Shown here: positions 1-12,680 of the stretch, piece by piece
Layout of the letters: every line of letters starts with the position of its first letter
Numbering within the stretch: position 1 is the first letter of the stretch
The notes under the pieces: generated by a model
Told to the model about the DNA's origin: nothing
What the model saw: the letters and a program-made list of their open reading frames with translations, nothing else
Databases searched by the model: none
NCBI RefSeq assembly: GCF_030028105.1
Contig: NC_092380.1
Location: forward strand, 112,211,899-112,275,898
Reading direction: 5' to 3'
DNA length: 64,000 nt
DNA from: Mobula birostris
Lineage: Eukaryota
Position numbers and translations under genes: made by a program

Positions 1-218
1 CACAGAACAGGTCCTTCTGGCCCAACAAGCCACAGCACCCAGCCACCCACCTAGTCCTGGCCTAATCGCAGGACAATTTACAATGACCAATTAACCTACT
101 TCTTTGGAGGAAACTCACATGGCCACAGTACAGACTCCTTACAGATAGCGCTAGAACTGAACTCCAACAGTCTGATCTGTAACAGTGTCGCGCTAACCGT
201 ACTCTACCGTGGCACCCA
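1..218 (-). mobile_element. V-SINE/HE1-like tRNA-derived SINE, in or just past the FAR1 3' UTR
   Basis: Shares GGACAATTTACAATGACCAATTAACCTA core with many other copies in the window; tRNA-like head on the minus strand. Confidence 0.7.
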
Positions 219-1038
219 TTGAGCTTAGGTTTTACACTCCTGTACTGTCTTGTTTTAGTTAAGGATGGTATTAGAATATTCCGCAGTAGATATGAAAAGA
301 AAAGCTTCCTCTAATACTTTTGGTCAAATGCATCCCAAGCTGACTGCAGTGTCCAGCCAAGAACCAGCCCGCAATTAATATTCAGCGATTAACTACTGAT
401 TGCTGCTTTGTGCTTAGTTCAGTTAAAGCAGTTAGCACTGCTACTGCACCATTACCGACAGGGCAGTCAAGAAGCAGTTTAGGGGGATGCTCAGCTACAC
501 GGCCAATGCCGTGAGAAGACGCAGAAGGCAGCAAACTCCAGCTTCACTGTTGATAAGACCTGTTTCTGTTAAATTTTTTACACCACTGAAGTTCAAACTG
601 AATGTCATATGCAGTGACCAGAAGATAAACCAATAAAAAGCATGCACTATGAGTAGATTAGTATTTATGGACAGACTGCACTTGCAACAGGACATGTTTC
701 ATGAACTCTGAAGTAGCAGACTTGACCTACAGAAATTTCAATACAATAATTCAATGGAAAAAATTAAACTTGTTTTCCCCATATCATTCTCCCTTCAGTG
801 TTAAAGCTTATTTTAAACCCTGAAATAGTTTTTCCATTGTATTTCAGTGCATTTCTGTACTTAGAATGATGCTAGATAGCCGTCCTAAATTATAATAAAG
901 TAGCCTTAACAAATTACATACATGACAAAATAGAACTGGGTACAGGTTTTTTTTTAGTACAAACATTAACACAAGATTTTATCAATGTCCAGTACAGCTA
1001 TCCATAAATGCATAGATGACTGAGTACTTGTGGGTTCT

Positions 1039-1245
<207 letters not shown>

Positions 1246-1274
1246 TTATAGAAAAACAGCGAAGAATCGAAGGT

Positions 1275-3185
1275 GTACTTGGTAAGTGGGAGGCCTTTAG
1301 AAGTGAAATTTTAAGAGTACAAAGCTTGTATGTGCCTGTCAGAATAAAAGGTAAATATAACAGGTTTAGGGAACCTTAGCTTTCAAGAGATATTGAGGCC
1401 CTGTCTAAGAAAAAAAAAGATCTGCATAACAGGTATAGGCAGGTTGGAACAGATGTGGTACTTAAGGAGTACAAGAAATGCAAGAGAACGTTTAAGAAAG
1501 AAACCAGGAGGGCTAAAAGAAGGTATGTGGTTGCTCTATCAGGCAAGGTGAAGGAGAATCCTAAGAGATTCTACAGATATGTTAAGAGCAAAAGGGTTGC
1601 AAGGGACAACACTGGTCCTCTGGAAGATCAGAATGATAATCTATGCATCGAGCTAAAAGAGATGGGGGAGATTTTAAATGGACTTTTTGCATCTATATTT
1701 ACTTGGGAGATGGACACAGAAGTGAGGCAAAGCAGCAGCGAGATCATGGAGCATACACAGATTACAGAGGAGATGATGTTTGCTGTCTTGAAGCAAATTA
1801 GGGTGGATGAATCTTCAGGGCCTGACAAGGTGTTCCCTTGGACCCTGTGGGAGGCAAATACAGAAATTGCAGGGGGCTGAGCAGAGATATTTATATCATC
1901 TTTAGCAAAAGGTGAAGTACCAGATGATAAGAGAATAGATAATATTTTTCCACTGTTTAAGAAAGGCTGCAAGAATAAACCAGGAAGTTATAGGCCAGTG
2001 AGCCTGACATCCATAGTGAGAAAGTTATTGGAAGGTACTCAAAGGGACCAGATACAAGTATTTTAATAGACAGTGGTTAATTATGGATAGTCAGCATGGC
2101 TTTGCGTGTGGTAGGTCGTGTCTAACCAATTTTAATAGTTTTTCAAGGGAGTTACCAGGAGAGTGGATGAGAACAAAGCAGTGGATGCTGTCCACATGAA
2201 CTTCAGAAAGGCATTTAACAAGGTCCTGCATGGGAGGTTGGTCAGGAAGGGCCAGTCACTTGGCATTCAATACGAGGTAGTTAATTGGATTAGACATTGG
2301 CTTTGTGGGAGAAGCCAGAGAGTGGTAGTAGAGAGTTGCCTCTCTGACTGGAGGCCTGTGACTAGTGGTGTGCCACAGGGATCAGTACTGGGTCTTTTGT
2401 TGATTGTCATCTATATCAATGATCTAGATGATAATGTGGTTAATTGGGTCAGCAAATTTGCAGATGACACCAAGATTGAGGGCGCCATGGACAATGAGGA
2501 AGACTTTCAAAGCTTGCAGTGGGATCTGGACCAGCTGGAAAAATGAGCTGAAAATTGACAGATGGAATTTAATACAGCAAGTGCGAGTTGTTGCACTTCA
2601 GTAGGACCAGCCAGGGTAGATCTTACATAGTGAACAGTAGGGCAATGAGGAGTGTGGGAGAACAAAGGGATCTGGGAATACAAGTTCATAATTCATTAAA
2701 CGTAGCAGTACAAGCAGATAGAGCTTTTGGCACGTCAGCCTTCAGAAATCAAAGTACTGAGCACAGGAGACGAGATGCTTATGTCGAAGTTGTGCAAGAC
2801 ATTGGTGAGGCCTTATTTGGAGTATTGTGTGCAATTTTGGTCACTGACCTACAGGAAAGATGTCAATAAGGTTGAAAGAGTACAGAGAAAATTTACAGGG
2901 ATCTTGCCAGGACTGGAGGACCGAAGTTATAAGGAAAGACAGAGTGTTAGGACCTATTTCTTGGAAAGTAGAAGATTGAGAAGACATTTAATAGAGGTAT
3001 ACAAAATTATGAGGGGTATAGATGGGGTAAATCCATACAAGCTTTTTCCACTGAGGTTGGGTGGGACTGCAACTAGAGGTCATGGGTTAATGGTGAAAGG
3101 TGAAATGCTTAAAGGGAACACAAGGAGAAACTTCTTCACTCAGAGGGTCGTGAGAGTGTGAAACGAGATACCAGTGAAAGTGGAC
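1275..3185 (+). mobile_element. CR1-clade LINE ORF2 remnant (RT domain and C-terminus), frameshifted
   Basis: ORFs give KVKENPKRFYRYV, SGVPQGSVLG...YINDLD...SKFADDTK and LVRPYLEYCVQFWS, with multiple stops. Confidence 0.92.
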
Positions 3186-3299
3186 CATCTAGTCGGTGAC
3201 TAGTCCCATCGACCTGCACCCTCCAAACCCTTGTGATCCACATACCTATCCGTATTTCTCTTAAGTACTGAAATCAAACTTGCATCCAACACTTAGATA

Positions 3300-3620
3300 C
3301 TGAGAAAGCGATAGAGTGGACATGCAGAGGATGTTTCCAATAGTGGGAAAGTCCAGGACCAGAAGGCACAGCCTTTGGACAGAAGGACATCCCTTTAGAA
3401 CTGAAATGAGAAGGAATTTCCTTAGCTAGAGGATGTTGAATCTGTGGAATTCACTGATATAGAAGCGGAGATTGAAAGGTTCTTGATCAGTATCAGTGTC
3501 AAAGGATAAAGGGAGAAGGCAGGAGAATGGGGTTGAGAGGGGAAATAAAACAGTTATGATGGAATGGTGGAGCAAACTCAATGGGCCAAATTGCCTAATT
3601 CTGTTCCTATGTCTTATCAT
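3300..3620 (+). mobile_element. CR1 3' end fragment
   Basis: AGGGCACAGCC...GAAATGAGAAGGAATTTC-type CR1 tail shared with about ten other copies. Confidence 0.75.
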
Positions 3621-3921
3621 TTTTAACACCGTCTGTTTATCATGTACATGCCTTGGATAAGCTACAATAACAATGGAGTATATTAAGGCTGTGGAGTACA
3701 GGACCATTTCAAACATTCACTGATCATTGTAAATGAGAAAACATGCACCCTTCCAACCAATCTGCCAACGAGGTGACTACCGCAAATATCTGATTGTTCA
3801 GTGGAATATCTCACTTTACACTGTAACCTGGATTTGATCCTAATGTTGCCCATTGCGCTTCTGTTGCAATTTCAACTTTGACAAGACACAGCACATCACA
3901 AACTAACTTATGCCAACATAC

Positions 3922-4049
3922 TTGATCAGATGTTTCCTGGCTGCAGGTAACCCGGAGAGCTCCTCGTTGAGTACGTACTTCTTTGTTCCCATGCAATAGT
4001 TTTCCATGTACTCAGCCCAGTGCAGCTGCCTCACATCACAGTTAAACAC
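3922..4049 (-). CDS. FAR1: FAR1 exon 11, 128 nt, [42 protein letters not shown]
   Basis: Acceptor TTACCTGCCAG, donor AA|GTATGT, C-terminal Sterile-domain motif. Confidence 0.96.
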
Positions 4050-4439
4050 CTGGCAGGTAAGAAAAATAATGTTGAATGTAAACATTGCTCAAATAGGAGA
4101 ATTCATTTGAACAGTTTGACCATTCATGGGCAGATAGACAGTTTTTGCCAAATAATTTCATGAAGTATGCATAAGAAATTCCAAACACTGCAGATGAAAA
4201 TAAACCTTCCCACAGCACATCAGGGCTTCCATAAGAACACAAATTCTGTTCAGGTCACATCTCACAGAAAACATCTCCTGGGTTTTTTCCCCCACCAGAG
4301 AGGTTTAGTAACCAGACAATAGTTTTAAGTAATGAACACAGAAACTGCTGGAAACAGATCAGGAGCTTCTGTGGAGAGAGAAGCAACTGATGCTTCAGGT
4401 CTGAGACCCTTCTTCAGAACTTGTACGCCCCCACTGGAT

Positions 4440-5030
4440 ACACAGATTAATAAGGGTGGTTAAGAGTTGAGACAGTGAGCTCAAAAGTTAATTAATGTTG
4501 CAGCTTTATAAAACTCCAGTTAGGCCACATTGGACAGTTCTGGTCGCCCCCATCACAGGGAGGAAATCGAAGTTTTGGAGAGTGCAGAGGATTAGAGGGC
4601 TTGTGCTATAACGAGAGGTTGGACAAACGGGTTGTTTACTCTGGGGTGGCAGAGGCTGAGGGATGATCCAACAGAGGTTTCTAAGATTACGAGAGGCGAA
4701 GATAGAGTAGACAGTGTCAAAATGCCTACTACCAGAGGGCATAATTTTAAGGTGATTGCAAGAAAGTACAGGGGATGTCGGAGCGAAGCTGTTTTTTTTT
4801 AAATACAGGTTGACGGGTGCCTGGAATTCGCAGTAGAGACAGATACATTAGGGACTTAAGAGATGTTTAGATAGGCACATGAATGTGAGGAAAATGGAGG
4901 GATATGGACAATGTGTAGGCAGAAAGTATTAGATTAGTTTGCCATTCGTTACTAATTTATTTGGCTCAGAACAAGAAAGTTAGCTGAAGGGCCTGTTCTT
5001 CTGCTGTACTGTTTTACGTTCTATGTTCTA
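4440..5030 (+). mobile_element. CR1 3' fragment
   Basis: Degenerate YKT.VRP.L...QFWSP coding remnant followed by a TTCTATGTTCTA tail. Confidence 0.75.
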
Positions 5031-5344
5031 TAAAGATAATTGGGAAATAAATTAGAAATCTGTTGAGAAAGATTTTAAAAAATAATGCCAACAAAATAGA
5101 AAGCTTACAAAATTGATGGAAACAGATTTAAAATTAAGTACAAAAAGAGAGCTGAACAAATCCTTCCGGAGAGAAACATAATGGCCCCGCAGGAAGAGCA
5201 AGAACAAAGTGGCTACGAGGAGAGATCGCTTAAGCAAGAGGTCTACAGTAATACAGCACTACTAGTTCTGTTAGTGTTGCTCCAGACTGGGGCTTGCTAG
5301 CCTGCGGCCCATAGAACCCACGGTTAATGGCATAAAAAAGACAG

Positions 5345-6445
5345 TGTGTTGACATTCCTTAAGGGCAAGCTGTGGATGAACCAGGAGGTACATCGTCTGC
5401 TGAAGGCTAGATCTGTGGCATTCAAGGCTGGCGACCCAGGTCTGTACCAGAAAACCGGATATGACTTGCAGAGGGCTATTTCAAGGGCAGAAAGACAATT
5501 TCGAATGAGTTTGGAGGTGACATCGGATGTACGACAATTCTGGCAGGGTTTGCAAGACATTACTTCCTACAAAGTAAAACCCAATGGCATGAATGGCAGC
5601 GATGCTTCACTACCAGATGAACTCAACAGCTTCTATGCCCACTTTGAAAGGGAGAATATAACTACAGCTGTGGAGATCCCTGCTGCACTCGGTGACCCTG
5701 TGATCTTTGTCTTGATGATAGGTTGTCTTTAAAGAGGGTGAACCCTCGCAAGGCAGAAGGTCCTGATGGAGTAGCTGGTAAGGCTCTGAAAACTTGTGCC
5801 AACCAACTGGTGGGAGTATTCAAGGACATTTTCAACCTCTCACTGCAACGGGCAGAAGATCCCACTTGTTTTAAAAAGGCAACAATTATACCTGTGCCTA
5901 AGAAGAATAACCAGCTGCGTTGATGACTATCACCCGGTAGCACTCACATCGACAGTGATGAAATGCTTTGAGAGGTTGGTCATGACTGGACTGAACTCCT
6001 GCCTCAGCAAAGACCTGGACCCATTGCAATTTGCCTATTGCCACAATAGGTCAATGGCAGGTGCAATCTCAATGGCTCTTCACATGGCCTTAGACCATCT
6101 GGACAATACAAACACCTATGTCAGGATGCTGTTCATCGACTATAGCTCAGCGTTTAACACCATCATTCCCACAATCCTGATTGAGAAGATACAGAACCTG
6201 GGCCTCAGTACCTTCCTCTGCGATTGGATCCTTGGCTTCCTCACCAGAAGACCACAATCTGTGCATATTGGTGATAAAATCTCCTCCTCGCTGATGATCA
6301 ACAGCCCACTGCGTCTACTCTCTGTATACTCATGATCGTGTGGCTAAGCATAACTCAAATATCATCTATAAATTTGCCGATGATACAATCAATGCTGGTA
6401 GAATCTCAGATGGAGACGAGAGGGCATACAGGAGTGAGATATTCC
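5345..6445 (+). mobile_element. Rex1/Babar-clade LINE RT remnant
   Basis: [53 protein letters not shown] and KFADDT motifs, broken by frameshifts. Confidence 0.9.
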
Positions 6446-6550
6446 TGACTCCTGAAAGAACTCCAAGGATCAGAAATTGAAGTGTCCAAACAGATTGTAA
6501 TTAATTCATACAGCAAAGGTTCAATCATTTACGTAGACATAAACACCTAC

Positions 6551-6680
6551 CTTCTTGTCATCCAGACTCATTTGACTCATGAGCATATTTATATTATCTG
6601 TGTTCCACACCCATGAATGGCTTGTGAAGTATTCAACCAGCATCATTGATCTGTGAAGCCGATTAATGACTTTCATCATC
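6551..6680 (-). CDS. FAR1: FAR1 exon 10, 130 nt, [25 protein letters not shown]...DDKK
   Basis: Read from the reverse complement. Acceptor TTGTTTTCAG, donor AAG|GTAGGT. Confidence 0.95.
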
Positions 6681-7196
6681 CTGAAAACAATTTATCAGTA
6701 CAATTAATGAGCAAACTTAGATATACTAAAACAGAAAAACGACAGGTATAACAAAAGAACATGACCAAAAATCAAATTTTAAATCAGATTCAAGTCAGCA
6801 AACAGTTAAGTTAAATTAAATTCCTGCAAATTTAAAAAAAACAGAATCTAGTAACATTTGCAGCAGATCACAGGGAAAAAAAGACTTTTTTTGGTAGCTC
6901 AATTTCCAAAATACTAGTAAAAATAATTTCACATATCAACGTCAGATTAATAGACTGTCGATATCCAGACAGTGTTATTAAAGTTTTCAGTAGCCATTCC
7001 CAATTCAAACACAGCAAATTATATACAAAGATCAAATGGCTGTTTCTGTTAATTTGCAGTAAACAAGGGTAAATAGCAGAGCAGGCAAAACCGTAAATGA
7101 TGAAAATGACAGGAGAAACCATGGTCACGCACAACATGCTATATAAATTAAGAGTGAAGTTCAGAGTTCAAAGTAAATTTATTATCAAAATACATA

Positions 7197-7572
7197 CAGT
7201 ACTGTGCAAAAGTTAGGCACGTTTAAAAAATCTGTACAGCAGATGCTTTCAAAAAAATGAAAAGTTTCTAAATATCAAAAACTAAATCACATCAATATTT
7301 GGTACAACCACCCTTTCTTTGCCTTTAAAACTGCATCAATTCTCTTAAGTAGAGTGCCGTGCAGTTTGATAAGAAAATCGACTGGTAGGTCGTTCCAAGC
7401 ATCTTTCAGAACTTGTCACAGTTCTGCAGACTTTGGCTGTCTCGCTTGCTTCTGCCTCTCCAGGTAATCCCAGACAGCTTCGATGATGTTAAGATCAGGG
7501 CTCTGTGGAGGCCATTAACATCTGAAACCATATAAAAGAAACTGTGGTGCCCAAGACACTTACACAGTACTG
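7197..7572 (-). mobile_element. Internally deleted Tc1-type DNA transposon (MITE-like)
   Basis: TIRs CAGTACTGTGCAAAAGT..AGGCAC and GTGCCCAAGACACTTACACAGTACTG with TA on both sides; minus-strand remnant PPQSPDLNIIEAVWDYL. Confidence 0.85.
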
Positions 7573-8064
7573 TATATACAACCCTGAGATTCATTTTCTT
7601 GTGGGTATACACTTAAATTCCCAGAAACATAATAGAATCAATGAAAGACCGCATCCAACAGGACGGACAAACAACCAATGTGAAACGCTCCTGTCAGAGA
7701 TTGTATGACTAGCATAGAGGAGTCAATAGTACATCCCTTTTCACTTTGCAAGTTCAGGTGGGCTAGTGCAGATTGAGCACCCCTTATCTGAAAACCTCCG
7801 AAATTACTTCAAGTGCTGACATGACTCCACAATTGGAAAATTCCACTAGATGATGGGAGGGTTCCCAGGTGACATGCAGGTCTCTGCACACCAAGAAGTG
7901 TCTCAGAAGGGCAATGGAGGGCTATGGTCTGGGTGCAGGTCGATGGGACTAGGGAGATTAGTGGTTCAGCAAGGAATAGATGGGCAGAAGGACCTGTATC
8001 TGTGCTGTAGTGTTCTATGACTCATATACCTTGAATGGGCCCTGTAGGCACCAGTTTTGTTTTT

Positions 8065-8620
8065 CAGCAGTCCCACAAAAAGTAGTGGCTACTGCCCAGC
8101 CCATCACAGGTAAAGCCCTCCCCACCACTGAGCACATCTGCATCAGGAGCTGTCACAGGAAAGCAGCATCCATCATCAGGAACCCCCACCAACCAGGTCA
8201 AGCTCTTTTCTCTCTGCTGCCATGAGGAAGGTGGTACAGGAGCCTCAGGACTCACACCATCAGGTTCAGGAACAGTTATTATTACCCCTCAACCATCAGG
8301 ACTCTTTGAACCAGTACAGATAATTTACACTGACCCTAACACTGAACTGTTCCCACAACCAATGGAATCACTTTCAAGGACTCTCTATCTCATGTTCTCC
8401 AAATTTATTGCTTTTTATTTATTATTATTTCCTTTTCTGATTTGTATGTGCACAGTTTGTTGTGCTTTGCACACTGCTTGTTTGTCTGTCCTTTTGGTCT
8501 TTCATTGATTCTACTGTGGTTCTTGAATTTACTGAGAATGCCCACAAGAAAATGAATCTCAGAGTTGTGTATGGTGACATACAAGTATTTTGATAATGAA
8601 TTTACTTTGAAATTTGACTC
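8065..8620 (+). mobile_element. Rex1/Babar 3' end
   Basis: QKVVATAQPITG..LP...RKAASIIR.PH.PG.ALFSLLP coding remnant, then AAGAAAATGAATCTCAG...GATAATGAATTTACTTTGAA tail. Confidence 0.8.
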
Positions 8621-8762
8621 ATTACGCACAGTGATCACCACTGTTTTGCACTTATTATCCACTCTGTTCTGTACAATAAACACATTATTGTTCCATGCAC
8701 AAAATTATTAAATATTACCATAAAACTACCTGCAGGGTATACAGTATGTACAAATGGATTTA

Positions 8763-9558
8763 TGTTGGCCAGAAAGAAAGACAGTCTACAAATTAGTGGA
8801 TTCAGGTGAATCAAGGACAGAGGAAGCAGACACGCCAATTGTTTTGTTTTCCCCACCCCCTTATGAACGCTGAATGGATTCTTGCTCTGGGATAGGCTTA
8901 GCAGGTCATTACCCGAAGCTCTTAGTGTCCACATTCAATTGCTCTGATAAGACTGAGACCATTCTCGGATGAGTCACTTCTTACTATGTAAAGTGCCAGT
9001 CCCACTAAAGAAGCAACCGGTAATCTCATTAGACTCAGTGTCTGGCTCACCTAGTTTGACTGATCTGGACCAGTCACAGTTAAAAGCAACAAACACTCAA
9101 GGCTGGGAGTCAGAAATATAGAACAATGTTGGTTGTAGCCTGGACCAGAACCAGTAAGAAGGTGACACAGGTAGGTCAGGTGACCTTGAGCCAATGGGAT
9201 GGACATCCATCAGTTCAACGGATGAGGAACACTATAAGAGTCAGGAGCTCCAAATACGTAGGAATGGTAACTCTGCAGAACCACCATCCCGGATGAGGAG
9301 GACCCTACAGACACATGGAGATCTGAAACAGGACTACAGGGAATGTGTGGCCAGCAGCAGAAACTCCTTTTTAACTGGTAATATATTTTCTATTCTTTGA
9401 CTGTTTATGGAAGGTCAGTAAAACCTAGGTGTATATACAGGTATTCGGTTGTGTAAGTTCACCTGCTCTTCCGTTTGGACAATAAAGGTACTTGTAGGAA
9501 ATTGCAGATTCTCTTTACGCCTCCCTGATCATGATTACAAGCGGTGATTCTTGTAACA
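8763..9558 (+). mobile_element. Possible solo LTR inserted in the Tigger4-like element
   Basis: TGTT...AACA termini, AATAAA at 9481, interrupts Tigger4-like sequence; no TSD found. Confidence 0.35.
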
Positions 9559-10079
9559 CTTGGGCTCATCCCCAAGCTATCTCGCTATATCGATGTAAAT
9601 ATTCCAAAATCCGAAAACCTAAATACTTCCAGCACTAAGCATTTCAGATAAGGGGTGCTCAATCTATATTTCAATTCGCAAGAATCACAAATTTTCATCT
9701 TAAGTGAATACTTCATCCTTAGTTTAGAGGCAACACCAGATTCAGAGAGTCTGGGAACCCAGCCAGAAAAGATGAAGCTCCCAAACTTTGTTCCAGTTTT
9801 GTACTGATAACTGTAACTAAGTAGAACTGCATATACGGAGATCCAGAGTTAATGAATAGTATTCAGAATTATTTACACCCATTGGCTTGTGATGACAAAT
9901 ACAGCTGCTTCTTTAGATAAGGATTCTGATGTTTTTGCAGAGATTGAACTGGACAATTTAGCAGACATATCCTGTAAAATTCACAAGAAAGTAATACTTT
10001 TCCAACAGTGGAACCCATTTCACAACACAGTGACCATTAATGCAGGTCAGGCAGCATCTACGAAGAGGAATGAACAGTC

Positions 10080-11780
10080 CACCATCACCATCAGCAATCA
10101 CTCATAGTTGGGTATGATTCTTCTCCTGGTGGTTGATCTGGTCACTTGTGGGTCTTGAGATGACTGAAGAGGCCGATCCGTGATCCATAAGTCCCACTGC
10201 AGTGCTGGCAGAAGTAGGTCATTGAGGTGGTGGTGGATGTAGCTGGTTGGGCCTTTCCCAGTCTCTCCTTGCGTTGAAGCCCACTTAGTCTCAGTGGCAC
10301 TGTGGAGGTATTCTTCAATCTGTGCAGTCCCCTCCAGCTTTTCCTATCCGTGCTAATTTTTCCCATCCATTCAGGTTGTTGTGGCACTTCCTCAGGCAAG
10401 TCCTGATATTGTCCTTGAACTACTTTTTCTGCCCTCCAGGAGTGCGTTTTGTATCCTTGAGTTGGCTGAACAGGAACTGTATGGAGAGGCGAGCCTCAGG
10501 CATATGGATGATGTGGCCGACCCATCGGAATTGGTGTTGAGTCACAATTGTGGTTATGGAGTTAATTTTAACTTCTTTCAGGATGCTGGAGTTAGTACAC
10601 CTGTTCTTCCAACTAAATCTCAGAATCTTTCAGAGGTATCTTTGATGTTAAGTTTCCAGGGATTTTATGTGCCCTCTGTACATTGTCCATGACTCTGCTC
10701 CCTAAAGCAAGGAGAGGAGGACTATAGCTTTATAGACTAGAAGCTTAGTGTTGGTCGTGATATCCTGATCTTTGGAGCCTGGCAGAAGTTCCACTTGCAC
10801 AGCCTATTCTGCGATTTATTTCAAGGTCAATGTTGGTTCATGAAGAAAGAAGCTGTAGCCGTTTAGTTGTTAGTTAGCTTAAGGTAAGGAGCATGGTCAT
10901 GAGGTGTTCATGGATGCCAGCTGACAATTCAGAGAGGTGACTGATGTTGTTGTTCTTTATGGCGAATCCAACTCCGTGGATTCTGGATTCATCTGCTGAT
11001 TTCCCCTTCCAGAAAAAAGGTGTATCCACCCTTCTCCTCATTCAATTGTCCTTCCTCACCCAATCGTGTTTCAGAAGGCAGCAAGGTCCATTTGGAATCT
11101 TCTCAGCTCTCTTGAGATGACAGCAGTACGTCTTTTAGGACCACTGCTGGTTTTGCTGTCCATAAGTTTCCACACACTCCAGGCTCCAAATTTCATGTGC
11201 TTTTGTGCAGTTTGGTGATCCCTCTGGACGTGGCAGCCCAGCCAGGAGTGAGGAGGCTGGCTACTTTTAGGACACCTTTCTAGCCCCTTCCCCGAGTGGG
11301 CTGAGCAGAGCGGGTCCTGAATGGGGCTGCTCAGTCATGGGTGCAGCTGCTGAAAAGTTCTATCTGTCTCTGTTCAAGAGCTTGTTGACTGTATCCAACA
11401 CCCACTTCCTGTGTGCCGGGTAATGGCTGTGAGCTCCCAGCCACTGTCCTGCTCCTGTCACCTCCTCCTGATCGCCACAGGGTTTTATTCAAGTGGGTCT
11501 ATCGGATTATCAAACCAAGAGAAATGCCTGTGTGTGAGTTCTTTTAACGTGGGGAGACTGATGCAAATGGTCCTTCACAAAGAAAGGGCTAGAATCCAAT
11601 GGTATGGAGACGAAGACATTTGGGGGGGGGGGGGCCCTCTTCTGCTGCAGCCGTCCTCTGCCTTCATAGCCATTGTGGTGGTCCTCATAGTTCCAAGATT
11701 CGGAACTTTAATTTACCACTATCTTTTACCCGCTCTGCTGTTGAGGTCTTGGTTGAACAGTCCACAGCCACAAAGCTAGT
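10080..11780 (-). mobile_element. RTE/BovB-clade LINE, internally deleted (5' UTR and APE endonuclease start joined to C-terminus)
   Basis: Minus strand gives SETR..EEGQLNEEKGGYTFFWKG...HGVGFAIKN (about 10930-11190) and C-terminal CQHCSGTYGSRIGLFSHLKTH (about 10145-10220), with a (GATGGT)n tail. Confidence 0.85.
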
Positions 11781-12481
11781 TCAACACTGGGGCTGAATAT
11801 CAACGCAAAATAAATTGTAAATTGATAGCAGTATCCAAGAAGATGAGAGGCTTAGATACAGTGGCCAGCCAGAAACTATTTCCCATGGTGGAAATGGCTA
11901 ATACAAGGAGGCATAATTTTAAGGTGATTGGAGGAAAGTATAGGGTATGTTGGAGTAAGTGTTTTTTTTTACACAGAGACTAGTTAAGGGAGGTGGTGGA
12001 GGCAAGTATATTAAGGACATTTAAGAGATTCTTAGATAGGAGCATGGATGATAGAAAAATGAAGGAACATGTTAGATTGATCTTCGAGTAGGATAAAAGG
12101 TCATTGTGGGCTGGAAGGCCTGTAGTGTTCTATGTAATGATCAGAGATGGGCATTATCTTAAGGTGATTGGAGAAATTGAGAATTCTACTCAGCAAGCTA
12201 TTAAAAAAGTTGGCCAACACTCCTTCATTTGCAGCAGCAGGACCTTTTGGAGTTCCCGATGTGATTGGTGGCACTGCAGTACCAACGTTTGTTCCACCTG
12301 GTTGCTGGAGGCAAGTTAGTTAGTAGTTGTTGTGGTTTTTTTTAAAAAGCACAGAGAGATTGAGTGTGTGGAACACCTGAAACGGGTGGCAGTTGAGACA
12401 GATACGCTAGGGAGATTTGAGAGATTCTTAGGTAAGCACATGGATGATAGAAAAAAAATGAAGGGCTATGTTACAGTGAAA

Positions 12482-12680
12482 GGCCAACTGGTGGTGCAGT
12501 GGAGTCAGCACTAGACTTCGAGGTGAATGGTCCCGAGTTCGAACATGGCCGGTTCTTTGCACGCTTTCCATCTGTGCTGGGGGTTGAGCATCGAGCTAGC
12601 AACTTGGCCACATAGTCAAATGCTACAGAAACAGCAAAAATGTGCTCAATGCCCCACAAGGGGTAAAAAGGAACAACAAT
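12482..12680 (+). mobile_element. tRNA-derived SINE (same family as 40082-40299), inside a CR1 tail
   Basis: A box TGGTGCAGTGG, B box GAGTTCGAAC; shared body GCTTTCCATC.GTGCTGGG..TTGAGC.TCGAGCTAGCAAC. Confidence 0.75.

Larger units (their letters stand above)
7769..9666. mobile_element. Tigger4/Zombi-like non-autonomous element broken by nested insertions (CR1 tail, Rex tail, LTR-like block)
   Basis: 24-bp TIR AGATTGAGCACCCCTTATCTGAAA at both ends; internal GACATGACTCCACAATTGGAAAATTCCAC and AATATTCCAAAATCCGAAA resemble Tigger4 as recalled. Confidence 0.75.

Noticed and set aside
495-695. 66-aa minus-strand ORF downstream of the FAR1 stop
   Set aside because: Lies in the presumed 3' UTR with no recognisable homology, and its length is within chance expectation.
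220-1038. FAR1 polyadenylation site
   Set aside because: I could not find a canonical AATAAA on the minus strand here, so the transcript end is not called.
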